Source: Azolla caroliniana
Taxonomy: Eukaryota > Plantae > Polypodiophyta
Reading direction: 5' to 3'
Assembly: GCA_043228905.1 (NCBI GenBank)
Contig: JBHGNT010000289.1
Location: 1-39,148, forward strand
DNA length: 39,148 nucleotides
The position numbers were made by a program, and so were the translations under genes. Below are positions 1 to 9,149 of the stretch, piece by piece (the stretch's first letter is position 1; every line of letters starts with the position of its first letter). Below the pieces are notes generated by a model. That model was not told where the DNA came from, did not search any database, and was given only the letters and a program-made list of their open reading frames with translations.

Positions 1-82
1 ATGCACCTGTTTCCTGCCGCCGGCCGTCGGTCACGAGCCGGTTCGCCTCCTTCCCTTCGGGCCTGCGCGATTTGGAGGTCCT

Positions 83-859
83 TTATCGCCTTGTCAATTC
101 CTCCAGCGCCGCTCCTCCGGTTGAGCCTCTGACTACGCCGGTCGAAGCCGAACCGGTTTCCAACCACTCCCGGGTCTCTTCCTTGCGCACCTGCGGCGCT
201 GGTTCGAGCTTCCTTGCTGCGACCGAGCCCGACCCGGTCGCCCCGTTATCCGCCCATTCTCGCCGTTTGTCGAAACGGCCACAGACCTTCCTGACAGCCG
301 CCCAGTCGGTAGTGAGCCCGTCTTCGGTCTCCAGCAAGAAGCCCACTTGCTCCCGATCCCGCTCGTCGACCGACTTGACAAACAGCAAGACCCGGCTCGT
401 GTCCAGGATGGTTCGGTCGAGCGCCGAAAGGCGCGCAAAGTTTTCCTCGAACTCCCGGAGGAGCGCCGACGCGTTTCTTCCCTTCCCCGGGGACTCCACC
501 CATTCCATGAACCTTCGCTTCGAAAGCCGGAGCGCGTCGTCCAGCCCGTATTTCTCTAGGAGCCGACCTTCGAACTCCTCCCAGGTACGGCTCTCCGTCC
601 GCACCTCGAGCACCTCCGCATGGATGCTCGGCATCGCTACTCGGGGAAATCCGGCGAGACGCCTTTCTTCCGGAATGTCCCGCATCAGCATCTCTGCACC
701 GTAGGACGCCAAATACTTCGTGGCATCTTTCCCATCGAACCGGCCGATCGTGCCGACGACCGCCTCAATAGCTCTGTCGAGGGCACCGGTGCTCTCGCGC
801 GCGTTCACAATCCGATCCACGGCCGAAGCCATGGCCTCTGCGAGATCCGACCCCCTCAT
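83..859 (-). CDS. gag: Gag (capsid region) of the nested element; likely ATG at 859; apparent frameshift near 83-95
   Basis: The ORF starts right after the PBS (RFDGKDATKYL...TWEEFEGRLLEKY). The -1 frame continues KAIKDLQIAQARREGGEPARDRRPAAGNRC to the window edge. Confidence 0.8.
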   Translation of the reverse strand: MRGSDLAEAMASAVDRIVNARESTGALDRAIEAVVGTIGRFDGKDATKYLASYGAEMLMRDIPEERRLAGFPRVAMPSIHAEVLEVRTESRTWEEFEGRLLEKYGLDDALRLSKRRFMEWVESPGKGRNASALLREFEENFARLSALDRTILDTSRVLLFVKSVDERDREQVGFLLETEDGLTTDWAAVRKVCGRFDKRREWADNGATGSGSVAARKLEPAPQVRKEETREWLETGSASTGVVRGSTGGAALEELTRR

Positions 860-881
860 TTCCTGCTCTTCTGCCGCCTCT

Positions 882-899
882 TTCACGTCGGGTTCACCA
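882..899 (-). promoter_or_regulatory. Primer binding site complementary to the tRNA-Trp 3' end
   Basis: TGGTGAACCCGACGTGAA lies 3 nt inside the LTR end. The + strand TTCACGTCGGGTTCACCA matches the plant cytosolic tRNA-Trp 3' end as I recall it. Confidence 0.85.
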
Positions 900-902
900 A
901 GA

Positions 903-1571
903 TGTCGGGGTTGCTACGCCCTTGCGTGCAGAAAGGAGGAGGACCACGGGGGTCTTGGACCGAAGAGCAAGAGAGAGAGAGGAGAAGGAGAGACCCGATT
1001 ACACAGAACCGAAGATTGCACAGGGACACGGCCCAACAAACAGAGATCACAAATAAACGCCGACACAGATGGACGCAACCACGGAAGATATGTACTTATG
1101 AATGCAAGAAAATAACAGCTAAAGTGTTACAACCCACGGTGGGGCACTAAATAGATACTAACGAAAACGAACAGGGCGGCGAACAGATGCCGACCCCTGT
1201 ATGTCGCGACGCACGGAAAGGGAAACAGGTCGGAGGTGCTGCAGGACGCACTCGGGGCGTTCCACGGAACAGCGCAAGCCTCCTCGAATCCTGCACAGGT
1301 ACGCGATGGAGCAGAAGACAGAGAAAGCAGGAGTGAGAGAGGAGCTCCGAAATCGGTTCGGCAGCACTTCGTCCTCTCCCCGCGAGATATATTTTCCTAT
1401 TCTTCCTCTTCCTTTTTATATCCCGTAAAGAGGCCGTTTGGCATTAACTGCATACCAACCGAATCTACCCACCTAGGATCCTCGTATGTACTTCTTGGCG
1501 CGCGTGTGTGTAGAGCCGTTTCCCACGCCTTGTTCCTCCGATTCCTCTTGTGGGCGGTTTTCTTCACGACA
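903..1571 (-). repeat. 5' LTR (669 bp) of the nested element
   Basis: TGTCG...CGACA terminal inverted repeat; TATAAAAA at 1420-1413; blocks shared with the 5877-6665 LTR (e.g. GGAGAGGACGAAGTGCTG). Confidence 0.9.
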
Positions 1572-2326
1572 CCGGTACGCAAGATAAACCCCAGAAGGGC
1601 GGGTACCGTCTGGGGACGGAGATAGAGAGGACCACGGACTTACGAAAAGTCCTGGAGGAACGGATCCTCGACAGCAAGGTGGAGCTGTCGTTACGAGAGG
1701 TGCTGGGAATCGCCAAGAAGGAGTTCCACGACTCCATCGTGGACTTAGTAAAACGGAAGAGGCTGTCAACGGAGACAGAACCGGAAAGACCGGTGGAAGT
1801 GCGGACGACGCACCTAGACGACATGGCGCTGGGAGACGAGTGGGCGGAAAGCCACTATTCGAGACCACACTGGGCCCGAGCGACCACGGAAACCCCGGTG
1901 AAGATCGGCGATGTCCAGGAACCGGTGATAGCTTTGGTGGACCACGGATCGGAGATCAATTTGATGTCCATGGACTTCTATAAGAGGGGCAAATGGCCGA
2001 TCAACACCAAGCACGGGTGGAAAATAAGGGCAGCAACGCGCGCCACCGAGGAACTGCACGGGGCCTGCCCGAACGTGCGAGTCAAGATCGGCGACGTCGA
2101 GATTGACCAGCACTTCTTCGTGCAGGAGACGTCTTCGCATCCGGTCATACTGGGAGAGCCGTACATCACGGCGGCGCGAATGGAGACCAAGGTGCTGGAC
2201 AATGGTTCGGCTTACGCGAGGGTCAAAAGCCAAGACGGGCGCCATTCGGTCCAGTTTCTGACGGTAAGGCCGAACCACGAACGCAACCGCAACTCCCTCG
2301 GTTCCGAAAACCGAGAGGATTTTTAG
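1572..2326 (+). CDS. Gag C-terminus plus aspartic protease (partial; the ORF-track start at 1550 lies in the inserted LTR)
   Basis: Retropepsin motifs ALVDHGSEINLM and VILGEPY; ends GAG GAT TTT TAG. Confidence 0.85.
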
Positions 2327-2360
2327 AGAGGACTGCCAAGGCGTGGGGCCGCGACAGTCC
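2317..2360 (+). promoter_or_regulatory. Candidate -1 programmed ribosomal frameshift signal
   Basis: G GAT TTT at 2317-2323 directly precedes the TAG. A 6-nt spacer leads to a GGACTG(2330-2335)/CAGTCC(2355-2360) stem. The -1 frame is open into pol. Confidence 0.7.
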
Positions 2361-2448
2361 GGATGCTCCGGAAAAACCTCACATCTGTACGATAAAACCG
2401 TGTACAATAGGTAGGAAATTTTGCTTCTCCGACAGCGGAGCATGTACG

Positions 2449-5400
2449 ATGGTCGGCATCGCTGGCCGAGAGAAAACAAAGACGGAGGGGAGACTTCGGG
2501 CGTGCGGAGTTCTCGGCCCTGACGAAGAAATCAACGGAGCCGTGGAGGCAGTCTCCTTCGACGACACCTTGGGAATGCTGGGGAGGGTAGTCGAAGAAGA
2601 CCTTATCGAAGACCGGACGATACCGGTATGTTCCGAAGAAATGTACGAAGTCATCGCGGACTTCGGTCGGGGGCTCGAGTCGGAACGGACGGCCCGAGTT
2701 AGCACCAAGTACAAGACTGTGGACCGGAAGGTGAGGCCAGTTGCGGCGCCCTTACCGGAGGGCAGCGAATCCCGAATCAAAGGGGTTGCATCGGACCCCA
2801 GCTTACGAGATCCGGCCTGCATAGGACACACCTTCACCAACGAGACGCTCCGCGAGCTGAAGATCGGTGGGGGCGGGTTCCTACTGCCGGTGGAGGAAGA
2901 CCGGTTTCGGAGGATGCTCGGAAGGCACGGGAAAGCCTTCGCATTCTCACCGGAGGAAATCGGGTGCGTAGACCCGACGATCGTAGAGCCGATGGTGATA
3001 TTCACGGTACCGCACGTACTGTGGAATCTCAAGCCAATTCCCGTTCCGAGAGCTCACATCCCGAAGTTGATGGAGCTGTTGAAGCAGAAAGTTGATATGG
3101 GCATTCTCGAGCCGTCGAGCGCCCCGTACTCGAACCGGTGGTTTACGGTACCAAAGAAAAACGGATCATTGCGCTTCATTCAGGACCTGCAACCGGTCAA
3201 TAGGGTGACCATTCGGAACGCAGGGATCGGACCGACCATAGACGAGTTCGCGGAGGCCTTCGCCGGAAGGTCGATTTACTCGGTCGGTGATCTATACTCA
3301 GGGTACGACCAGTTCCAGCTAGCCGTGGAGAGCAGAGACATTACGACGATGCGAACTCCCCTCGGCCTGGTGCGGATGTGTACGCTGCCACAAGGAGGGA
3401 CCAACTCGGTGGCCCACATGGTGAATGCAATGAACAAGGTGCTGAGGGACTGCGTCCCGGACATCACCATGCCGTTTCTAGACGACATCCCGATCAAGGG
3501 ATGCCCGGTAGAAGAGAAGGACGAGACGATCGGGCCGGACGGATGCCGGCGATTCGTGGTGACACACATTGACGACTGCGAGAAGGTGCTGCAAGGGCTA
3601 GAGGATGCGAGGCTCACCTTCTCGGGGGAGAAGTCTGCCTTCGGGCAGTCGGAAATCATGGTGGTCGGACATTTGTGTGGGCCATATGGCCGGAAACCGT
3701 CTCCGGCAAAGGTAGAGGCCATCTCCGCGATGAAGCCTGACTGCAGCTCGGTCACGGAAGTACGAAGATTCTTGGGAGCATGCGCCTTCTACCACATATG
3801 GATCCCGCATTACGCGCACGTCGCGGAGCCGTTGTACGGATTATTGAAGAAAGGGCGAAGATTCGAATGGCTAGACAAGCACACGGAGTCGGTCCGGAAG
3901 CTGAAGGAGGCTCTTTCGGCAGCACCGGCGCTCCGAAAGGCCGTCTACAGGAAGGGCACCCCAGTGTACATAACGGTTGACACGAGTCCGACCGGAATCG
4001 GGTGGGTCGTCAACCAAGAAGACGGGGACGGCAATCGGTTTCCAATCCGATTCGGCGCGAAGGTCCTCAGTGAGCGGCAACGGGGATACGCCCAGGTTAA
4101 ACGCGAACTCTGGGGTATCGTTTCGGCGGTGAAGACCGACAAGGACTATCTGATCGGGACAGAGGTAATCATAGAGACGGATTGCATGCCGATTCTCGGC
4201 ATGGTTTACGGATGCGCGACGCCGGACCTGGCAATGCTCAGGTGGATAGCGTACATCAAGTCCCTGGACCCGGAAATACGACACATTTCCGGGAAAGACA
4301 ACGCCATGGCCGACATGCTTTCAAGGGCGAGATTCGATGACGAGGGCGCCATGGTTTCGGAGGACGAGGAGGTCGGCGTGGACTTCTTCGAGGCAGCATA
4401 CGTAACAACCGGCGGGTCGAGCACTCCGGCGCTTAACGACTTCGACGCGAGCAAGTACGACGGGGAGTGGCTGCAGATCGGCGGGTTCTTGAGGACAATG
4501 GCGCCGGATGCGTCATGGACGAAAGACGAGGCCAACCGGATCCGGAAGAAAGCGTACCGATTCTTTCTCCGGGATGGATACTTGTGGAAGCACCCGAAGA
4601 AGAGGAACGGCGTCCCGCTCCGGGTGGTGGCAATGAAGGAAGATCAGGAGGAACTGCTAGCGGCCTGCCACGACAGCCCTTGGGCTGGACACCGTGGGAC
4701 ATGGGGTACGTTTGAGAAACTGAAGGGGAAGTATTGGTGGCCGGGGCAGTACCAGGACGTGCGTCGGTTCGTGACAACTTGCGAGAGCTGTCAGACGCAC
4801 TCCATAGTCCGACACCGGGACGAGCTTCACCCTACGTACCCTCCGACCATCCACTTCAAATGGATGGTAGATCTGGTGACGATGCCAATGGGGGTAGGAC
4901 AGATGCGGTACCTGGTCCTAGCACGGGAGGATCTGACGAACCAGGTGGAAGGACGAGCCCTCCCGAACAAAACAACCGCGGCCGTATGTCGGTTCCTAAT
5001 CGAGGACGTGATATGCCGGTACGGGTGCGTCGGGAAGATCGTGGCTGATCGAGGGGAGTTGGACACCGAAGAAGCCGCGGAGCTGTTCGACCGGCTCGGA
5101 GTTAAGCTCTCGCTCACCACTGCGTACAATCCGGAGGCGAATGGGAAGGTGGAGCGCGGACACGGGCCGATAGTCAAGGCGTTGGTTCGGGCATGCGGAG
5201 GCCAAGTCGGTAACTGGCCGCGGCTGCTACCTTATGCTTTGTGGGCAGACCGGACCACGCACAGTTCGGTAACCGGGTACATGCCGACGGAGCTCATGTT
5301 CGGCCAGAAGCCGGTCATGCCGATAGAACGGACGATCTCCTCGTGGGCTACGGTCGACTGGAGGAACGAGATGAGCCGGGAGGAGTTGTTGGCCGCGCGT

Positions 5401-5805
5401 ATACGACAGCTCGAGCGGAGACCGGAGGACGTGGAACTGGCTGCGGAGAGGCTCCAGGTGGCGAGGGCAAAGAACAAAGCCAGGTTCGACCGAACGCACC
5501 GGCTCCGACCGAAGAAGATCGAAGAAGGTGACTGGGTGCTCGTCTACGACAGCAGCCTCGACAACCAGCACCGAGCCACACGGAAGTTCGCACGAAGGTG
5601 GTTTGGGCCTTACGCGGTACGGAGCGCCAATGACAACGGGACATATCACCTGGCGGAACTCGACGGCACGAGAATGGCGATACCGGTTGCAGGGAAGCGG
5701 ATCAAAGCGTTCAAGAAGCGACACGGCGACGAGCCCGACCCGGCTCTCCTGGTCGGCAGTGACGAACGATCCGAAAACGAGGAAGAACCGACGGGCGAGG
5801 AATGA
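2449..5805 (+). CDS. pol: Pol: reverse transcriptase, RNase H, integrase (frame open upstream to 2107)
   Basis: RT motifs DLYSGYDQ, LPQG, FLDD; RNase H motifs VDTSPTGIG, RELWG, ETD; integrase HHCC (CHDSPWAGH...CESC), core VDLV/ADRG/YNPEANGKVER and GPY motif; no chromodomain; no stops in 1118 aa. Confidence 0.97.
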   Translation: MVGIAGREKTKTEGRLRACGVLGPDEEINGAVEAVSFDDTLGMLGRVVEEDLIEDRTIPVCSEEMYEVIADFGRGLESERTARVSTKYKTVDRKVRPVAAPLPEGSESRIKGVASDPSLRDPACIGHTFTNETLRELKIGGGGFLLPVEEDRFRRMLGRHGKAFAFSPEEIGCVDPTIVEPMVIFTVPHVLWNLKPIPVPRAHIPKLMELLKQKVDMGILEPSSAPYSNRWFTVPKKNGSLRFIQDLQPVNRVTIRNAGIGPTIDEFAEAFAGRSIYSVGDLYSGYDQFQLAVESRDITTMRTPLGLVRMCTLPQGGTNSVAHMVNAMNKVLRDCVPDITMPFLDDIPIKGCPVEEKDETIGPDGCRRFVVTHIDDCEKVLQGLEDARLTFSGEKSAFGQSEIMVVGHLCGPYGRKPSPAKVEAISAMKPDCSSVTEVRRFLGACAFYHIWIPHYAHVAEPLYGLLKKGRRFEWLDKHTESVRKLKEALSAAPALRKAVYRKGTPVYITVDTSPTGIGWVVNQEDGDGNRFPIRFGAKVLSERQRGYAQVKRELWGIVSAVKTDKDYLIGTEVIIETDCMPILGMVYGCATPDLAMLRWIAYIKSLDPEIRHISGKDNAMADMLSRARFDDEGAMVSEDEEVGVDFFEAAYVTTGGSSTPALNDFDASKYDGEWLQIGGFLRTMAPDASWTKDEANRIRKKAYRFFLRDGYLWKHPKKRNGVPLRVVAMKEDQEELLAACHDSPWAGHRGTWGTFEKLKGKYWWPGQYQDVRRFVTTCESCQTHSIVRHRDELHPTYPPTIHFKWMVDLVTMPMGVGQMRYLVLAREDLTNQVEGRALPNKTTAAVCRFLIEDVICRYGCVGKIVADRGELDTEEAAELFDRLGVKLSLTTAYNPEANGKVERGHGPIVKALVRACGGQVGNWPRLLPYALWADRTTHSSVTGYMPTELMFGQKPVMPIERTISSWATVDWRNEMSREELLAARIRQLERRPEDVELAAERLQVARAKNKARFDRTHRLRPKKIEEGDWVLVYDSSLDNQHRATRKFARRWFGPYAVRSANDNGTYHLAELDGTRMAIPVAGKRIKAFKKRHGDEPDPALLVGSDERSENEEEPTGEE

Positions 5806-5863
5806 AGACGGGCCGGTTTTCTCCGTCCCAACTCTCTTGGCGCATACCGGAGGATGCGCGGTT

Positions 5864-5876
5864 AGGTGGGGGCGGA
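5864..5876 (+). promoter_or_regulatory. Polypurine tract
   Basis: AGGTGGGGGCGGA immediately before the LTR TG. Confidence 0.7.
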
Positions 5877-6665
5877 TGTCGTGAAGAAAACCGTCCCTAA
5901 GCGGAATCGGCGCACCGAGGCGTGGGAACCGGTTCTTCACACGCGCACGCTCCAAGTTGTACATAGAATCGAATTAGGAGGATAATCGGCAGGAACGGGC
6001 CCTAACACGAGTAAAGACAAAGACCGCGCGAACAGTCTTTTCGGTCACGCGCGCGAACTGTACGAGTCGGCGGCGTAACTACGCGGATGCGTGCAGAACG
6101 GAGGAGATCCCTGTCAAAAGGGACAGGGAATAAAGCTGACACGAAGGCCTGCTCAACGGCCTATATAAGGAGCAGGAAAGAGCTGTTGCAGGAATCTCGC
6201 GCGGAGAGGACGAAGTGCTGTCGGACCGTTTCCGGACGCTTCCCACTCTGTTTCCTTCCTTATTGAGCTCCATAGCTTTCTGTGCAGGGTTCGGAGGAGG
6301 CTCGCGCTGTTTCGAGGAACGCCCGGAGAGCTTCCGGCAGCACCTCCGACCTGCTACCCCCCCCCTTTGTGCGTCGAAGCGAACAGGCATCGGCGTCTGT
6401 TTGCCGGCCTGTTCGGTCGTAACCAACCTGTGCCCCATCGAGGGCTGTAGTAGTGTTAGCCATTTCTGTTAATATACATAATTAGTCATTCGCGTCTGTC
6501 TGTGTCGGTGTCTGGACGCATTCTCCGTGACGAAGGGCCGTGTCCCTGTGTATCCCCGGTCCTGCGTAGCCGGTTCTCTCACTTTCTCCTCCCTCGCTGG
6601 CTCTTTGGTTCGAGACCCCCGCGGTCCCGCCTCGTTTCCACACGCACTTGCATAATACCTCGACA
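5877..6665 (+). repeat. 3' LTR (789 bp) of the host element
   Basis: TGTCGTGAAG...CCTCGACA; TATATAA at 6162-6168; AT-rich DNA starts just after. Confidence 0.92.
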
Positions 6666-6809
6666 ACGTTAACATATTGTGTACCCTCTCTCATATTGTC
6701 TGTGTATATGTGCATTTACCTTCATTGCCCATTTCTTCCGTGGTTGTGATTCTAACAAATTGATTGAAGTCTCGGTTGGGGCTGAGCATTATTCCGCATA
6801 TTTCTGTCA

Positions 6810-8255
6810 TTATAATGCTCAATACTTGGTTGAATGCCAAATTGATCCTTCATCAAATTGAAGTAATCATACCCTTCTTCAACGCTTCCTACAAGCAGAC
6901 AAAGTACTAGTAAACACAATATCAACTAGAATTAATCCATGTTGTTCCATCTCTTTCAGGCAACGTTTGCAACTGTGTGCATACTATGTAGAGCGACATC
7001 CATGAAACCACCTCATGAAATGGTAGTATATTGAACATTCAATGAGACTCTTCCAACTTTCCACATGTTGCATACATGTTAATGAACGAATTTCCTATGA
7101 CAACATCTGAATCAAATCCATTTCCTATAACTAGATCATGTACCAGACTTGCCTATTTCACAGCTCCCATCAATCCACGGGTTTTTAGCGTGCAAAGAGT
7201 CGTGACTTTGTCAGCTTTAACCCCTTTTGCTTGCATTTTTCAAAGATTTCAAAGCTGAAAAATCTTTATTATTCCGCACATACCCAGAAATGATTGTATT
7301 GTCAGTCACCACATCTCGATTATGTTGCTTAGAAAAAACTGTGATTGTTTCTTCCATGTTTCTACATCTAACATACATGCACATATGCATACATCCATGA
7401 CTTTGTATTTTTCTTTTCCTCCAAAATTTCCATTCCTCACTTCTATCATCTATTAGTACCTTTATATTTATTCACTTTCCTTTAAGCTTACAAAATGCAT
7501 GTAGTCATGTCCTAGAGAAACCAAGAAGTTGACCTAAAACATTTAACCAGTCAAAAGGTAAACCTCCAAACCATCTAGTTTCCGACATTTGAGGATCTCA
7601 TGGTTCTCTCTAAATCTCCATTTAAAATTGCCCATACTGCGAATACGGGTTCACAAATCGTAAGACCAAAACTGTTGTGCCCACTTGTTTTACCAAAATG
7701 AAAGATGATTGAAAGATTTGGGGATACACCCTCCATTTGCATCTGGTTCAGCATATATTGAAGCTCTTCAACATAATCCTACTCAGCATATTCACAAATT
7801 AATGTAGTCCAAGATACTGTTGGTAGTCTTGCTCAACATACCCTGAGATAAGTGTTGTCTCAAGAAATAAACCATCTAACTAAATCTGAGTAAAACAATG
7901 TAGCACTTTGATACTGGCCCAAACTTGGCACATCCTGAAAGTAGTGTGTTCCACAAGACTATGTAACTGATCTCGATTTGGCTATGAATAAAAACTATGT
8001 TGTGCATCAAAGCATCCATCTTCTTGCCCAAAGCATTCGAGGATAGAGTTGTATAGCATCCTCATTCTTATCATGCTCAATATAGCCCAATAACATGGTA
8101 GGCCATTGTACCTTAATACATCCAAATACAACACCTTTTGACAGTTTGATTCCACTCATCCTCACCAGAAAAATGAGAAACCGCTCCCCAAAATTTGAAA
8201 AGTAAATGAAAACATAATCAAGCCTCCCTATCCCTCCATAGAACTGCTTCATCGT
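6810..8255 (-). pseudogene. Decayed PLS-class pentatricopeptide repeat gene (boundaries approximate)
   Basis: Manual - strand translations: WPTMLLGYIEHDKNEDAIQLY; VSWTTLICEYAE*; RDVVTDNTIISGYV; ADKVTTLCTLK...VK*ASLVHDLVIGNGFDSDVVIGNSFINMYATCGKLEESH*MF; VEEGYDYFNLMKDQFGIQPSIEHYN. Many stops and frameshifts. Confidence 0.85.
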
Positions 8256-8329
8256 CCATTAACATCATCCATCTCTACACTAACTTAGACTAAAAAGATT
8301 TTCCTATAAGGACGATTTCCCATTAGCGT

Positions 8330-9101
8330 TGTCGTGAAGAATTTCGGCCATAGGCGAAAACCGGGAAACATTGTCTACATCGGCGGGGTGCAGCGTGTGT
8401 ACGCACCCATGTACATTTGGTGTGAATATCGAGGGCGCCTTTATGGCGTCGAAGAGTAGTTAAGTCGGGACAGACAATCCCATGTAAGTCGGGATTTGTC
8501 CCACATTGTAATGCATCCCTTTCCTTGTTCTATAAAAGGAAGGGAACGCCCTTTGTGAAGGGGTTGCCCATTTTGGATTAGAGGGTATACCGGTAGGTTT
8601 AGGGTTAGGGTTCTTCTACTTCTTCTTCTTCCCCTTCGTGTTCGTTTAGGGTTGGCTGCAGCTTATCTCCTGTGCAAGACCCCGCTCGGCACGACGAGCC
8701 CGAGAGCTCCCCGACGGCGGCTTGACAGCAGACGACTGTTGTAAACTATCATGGTCCGGCTCGAAGCCGGGAGTGTATTCTTCATATATATATATATATA
8801 TATACATATACGTTTGCGTCTGTCTGTGTATATTGGCGTCTTGTTGGTGTCGGGTGCTCCCCTCCTTCCCTGCGTTTCCTGTACAAGAGGGCGTGTGTGC
8901 GTGTGTGTGTGTGTGTGTGCGCGCGCGCGTGAGTCGGTGTCAAGCACGCTCTCTCACTCCCTCTCTCTCTTCGGCTGCTTCCGGTGCGTTTCAGGGGTGC
9001 CCCAAAAAACGGTGAAGTGCGACTTCCTACGCTCCGTCGCTCCCTAGTCCAAGACCCCCATGGTCCCGCCTTTCTCCACGCACGCGCGTAACAACGCGAC
9101 A
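8330..9101 (+). mobile_element. Solo LTR (772 bp) of the same gypsy group
   Basis: Starts TGTCGTGAAGAA and ends AGACCCCCATGGTCCCGCC...CGCGACA like the other LTRs; GCGT on both sides (8326-8329, 9102-9105); no PBS or PPT; TATAAAA near 8531. Confidence 0.88.
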
Positions 9102-9149
9102 GCGTACAACTATTCTCACAATGGTGTTATCTTAAGAAATAGACCATTA

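Larger units (their letters stand above)
1..1571 (-). mobile_element. Ty3/gypsy LTR retrotransposon, 5' portion (LTR-PBS-gag), nested in opposite orientation inside the + strand element; continues beyond the window start
   Basis: The reverse complement of 1571->903 starts TGTCGTGAAGAAAACCG and ends CCCCGACA, matching the termini of the LTR at 5877-6665. PBS and gag follow on the - strand. Confidence 0.9.
1572..6665 (+). mobile_element. Ty3/gypsy LTR retrotransposon (host element), 3' portion
   Basis: Domain order PR-RT-RH-IN, then PPT and LTR; far more GC- and CpG-rich than flanking DNA. Confidence 0.95.

Noticed and set aside
882-899. tRNA-Trp gene
   Set aside because: Only 18 nt including CCA match; this is a PBS.
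1550-1571. Start of the 258-aa protease ORF
   Set aside because: It lies inside the inserted LTR, so the start is a chimeric artefact.
72-6472. Many overlapping and antisense ORFs (e.g. 72-704, 2379-3032, 5227-5964)
   Set aside because: These are expected shadows of GC-rich coding DNA and have no recognisable domains.
903-6665. Single element with inverted LTRs (DIRS-like)
   Set aside because: It encodes a DDE integrase rather than a tyrosine recombinase. The two LTRs are diverged, and the left LTR has its own PBS and gag pointing away.
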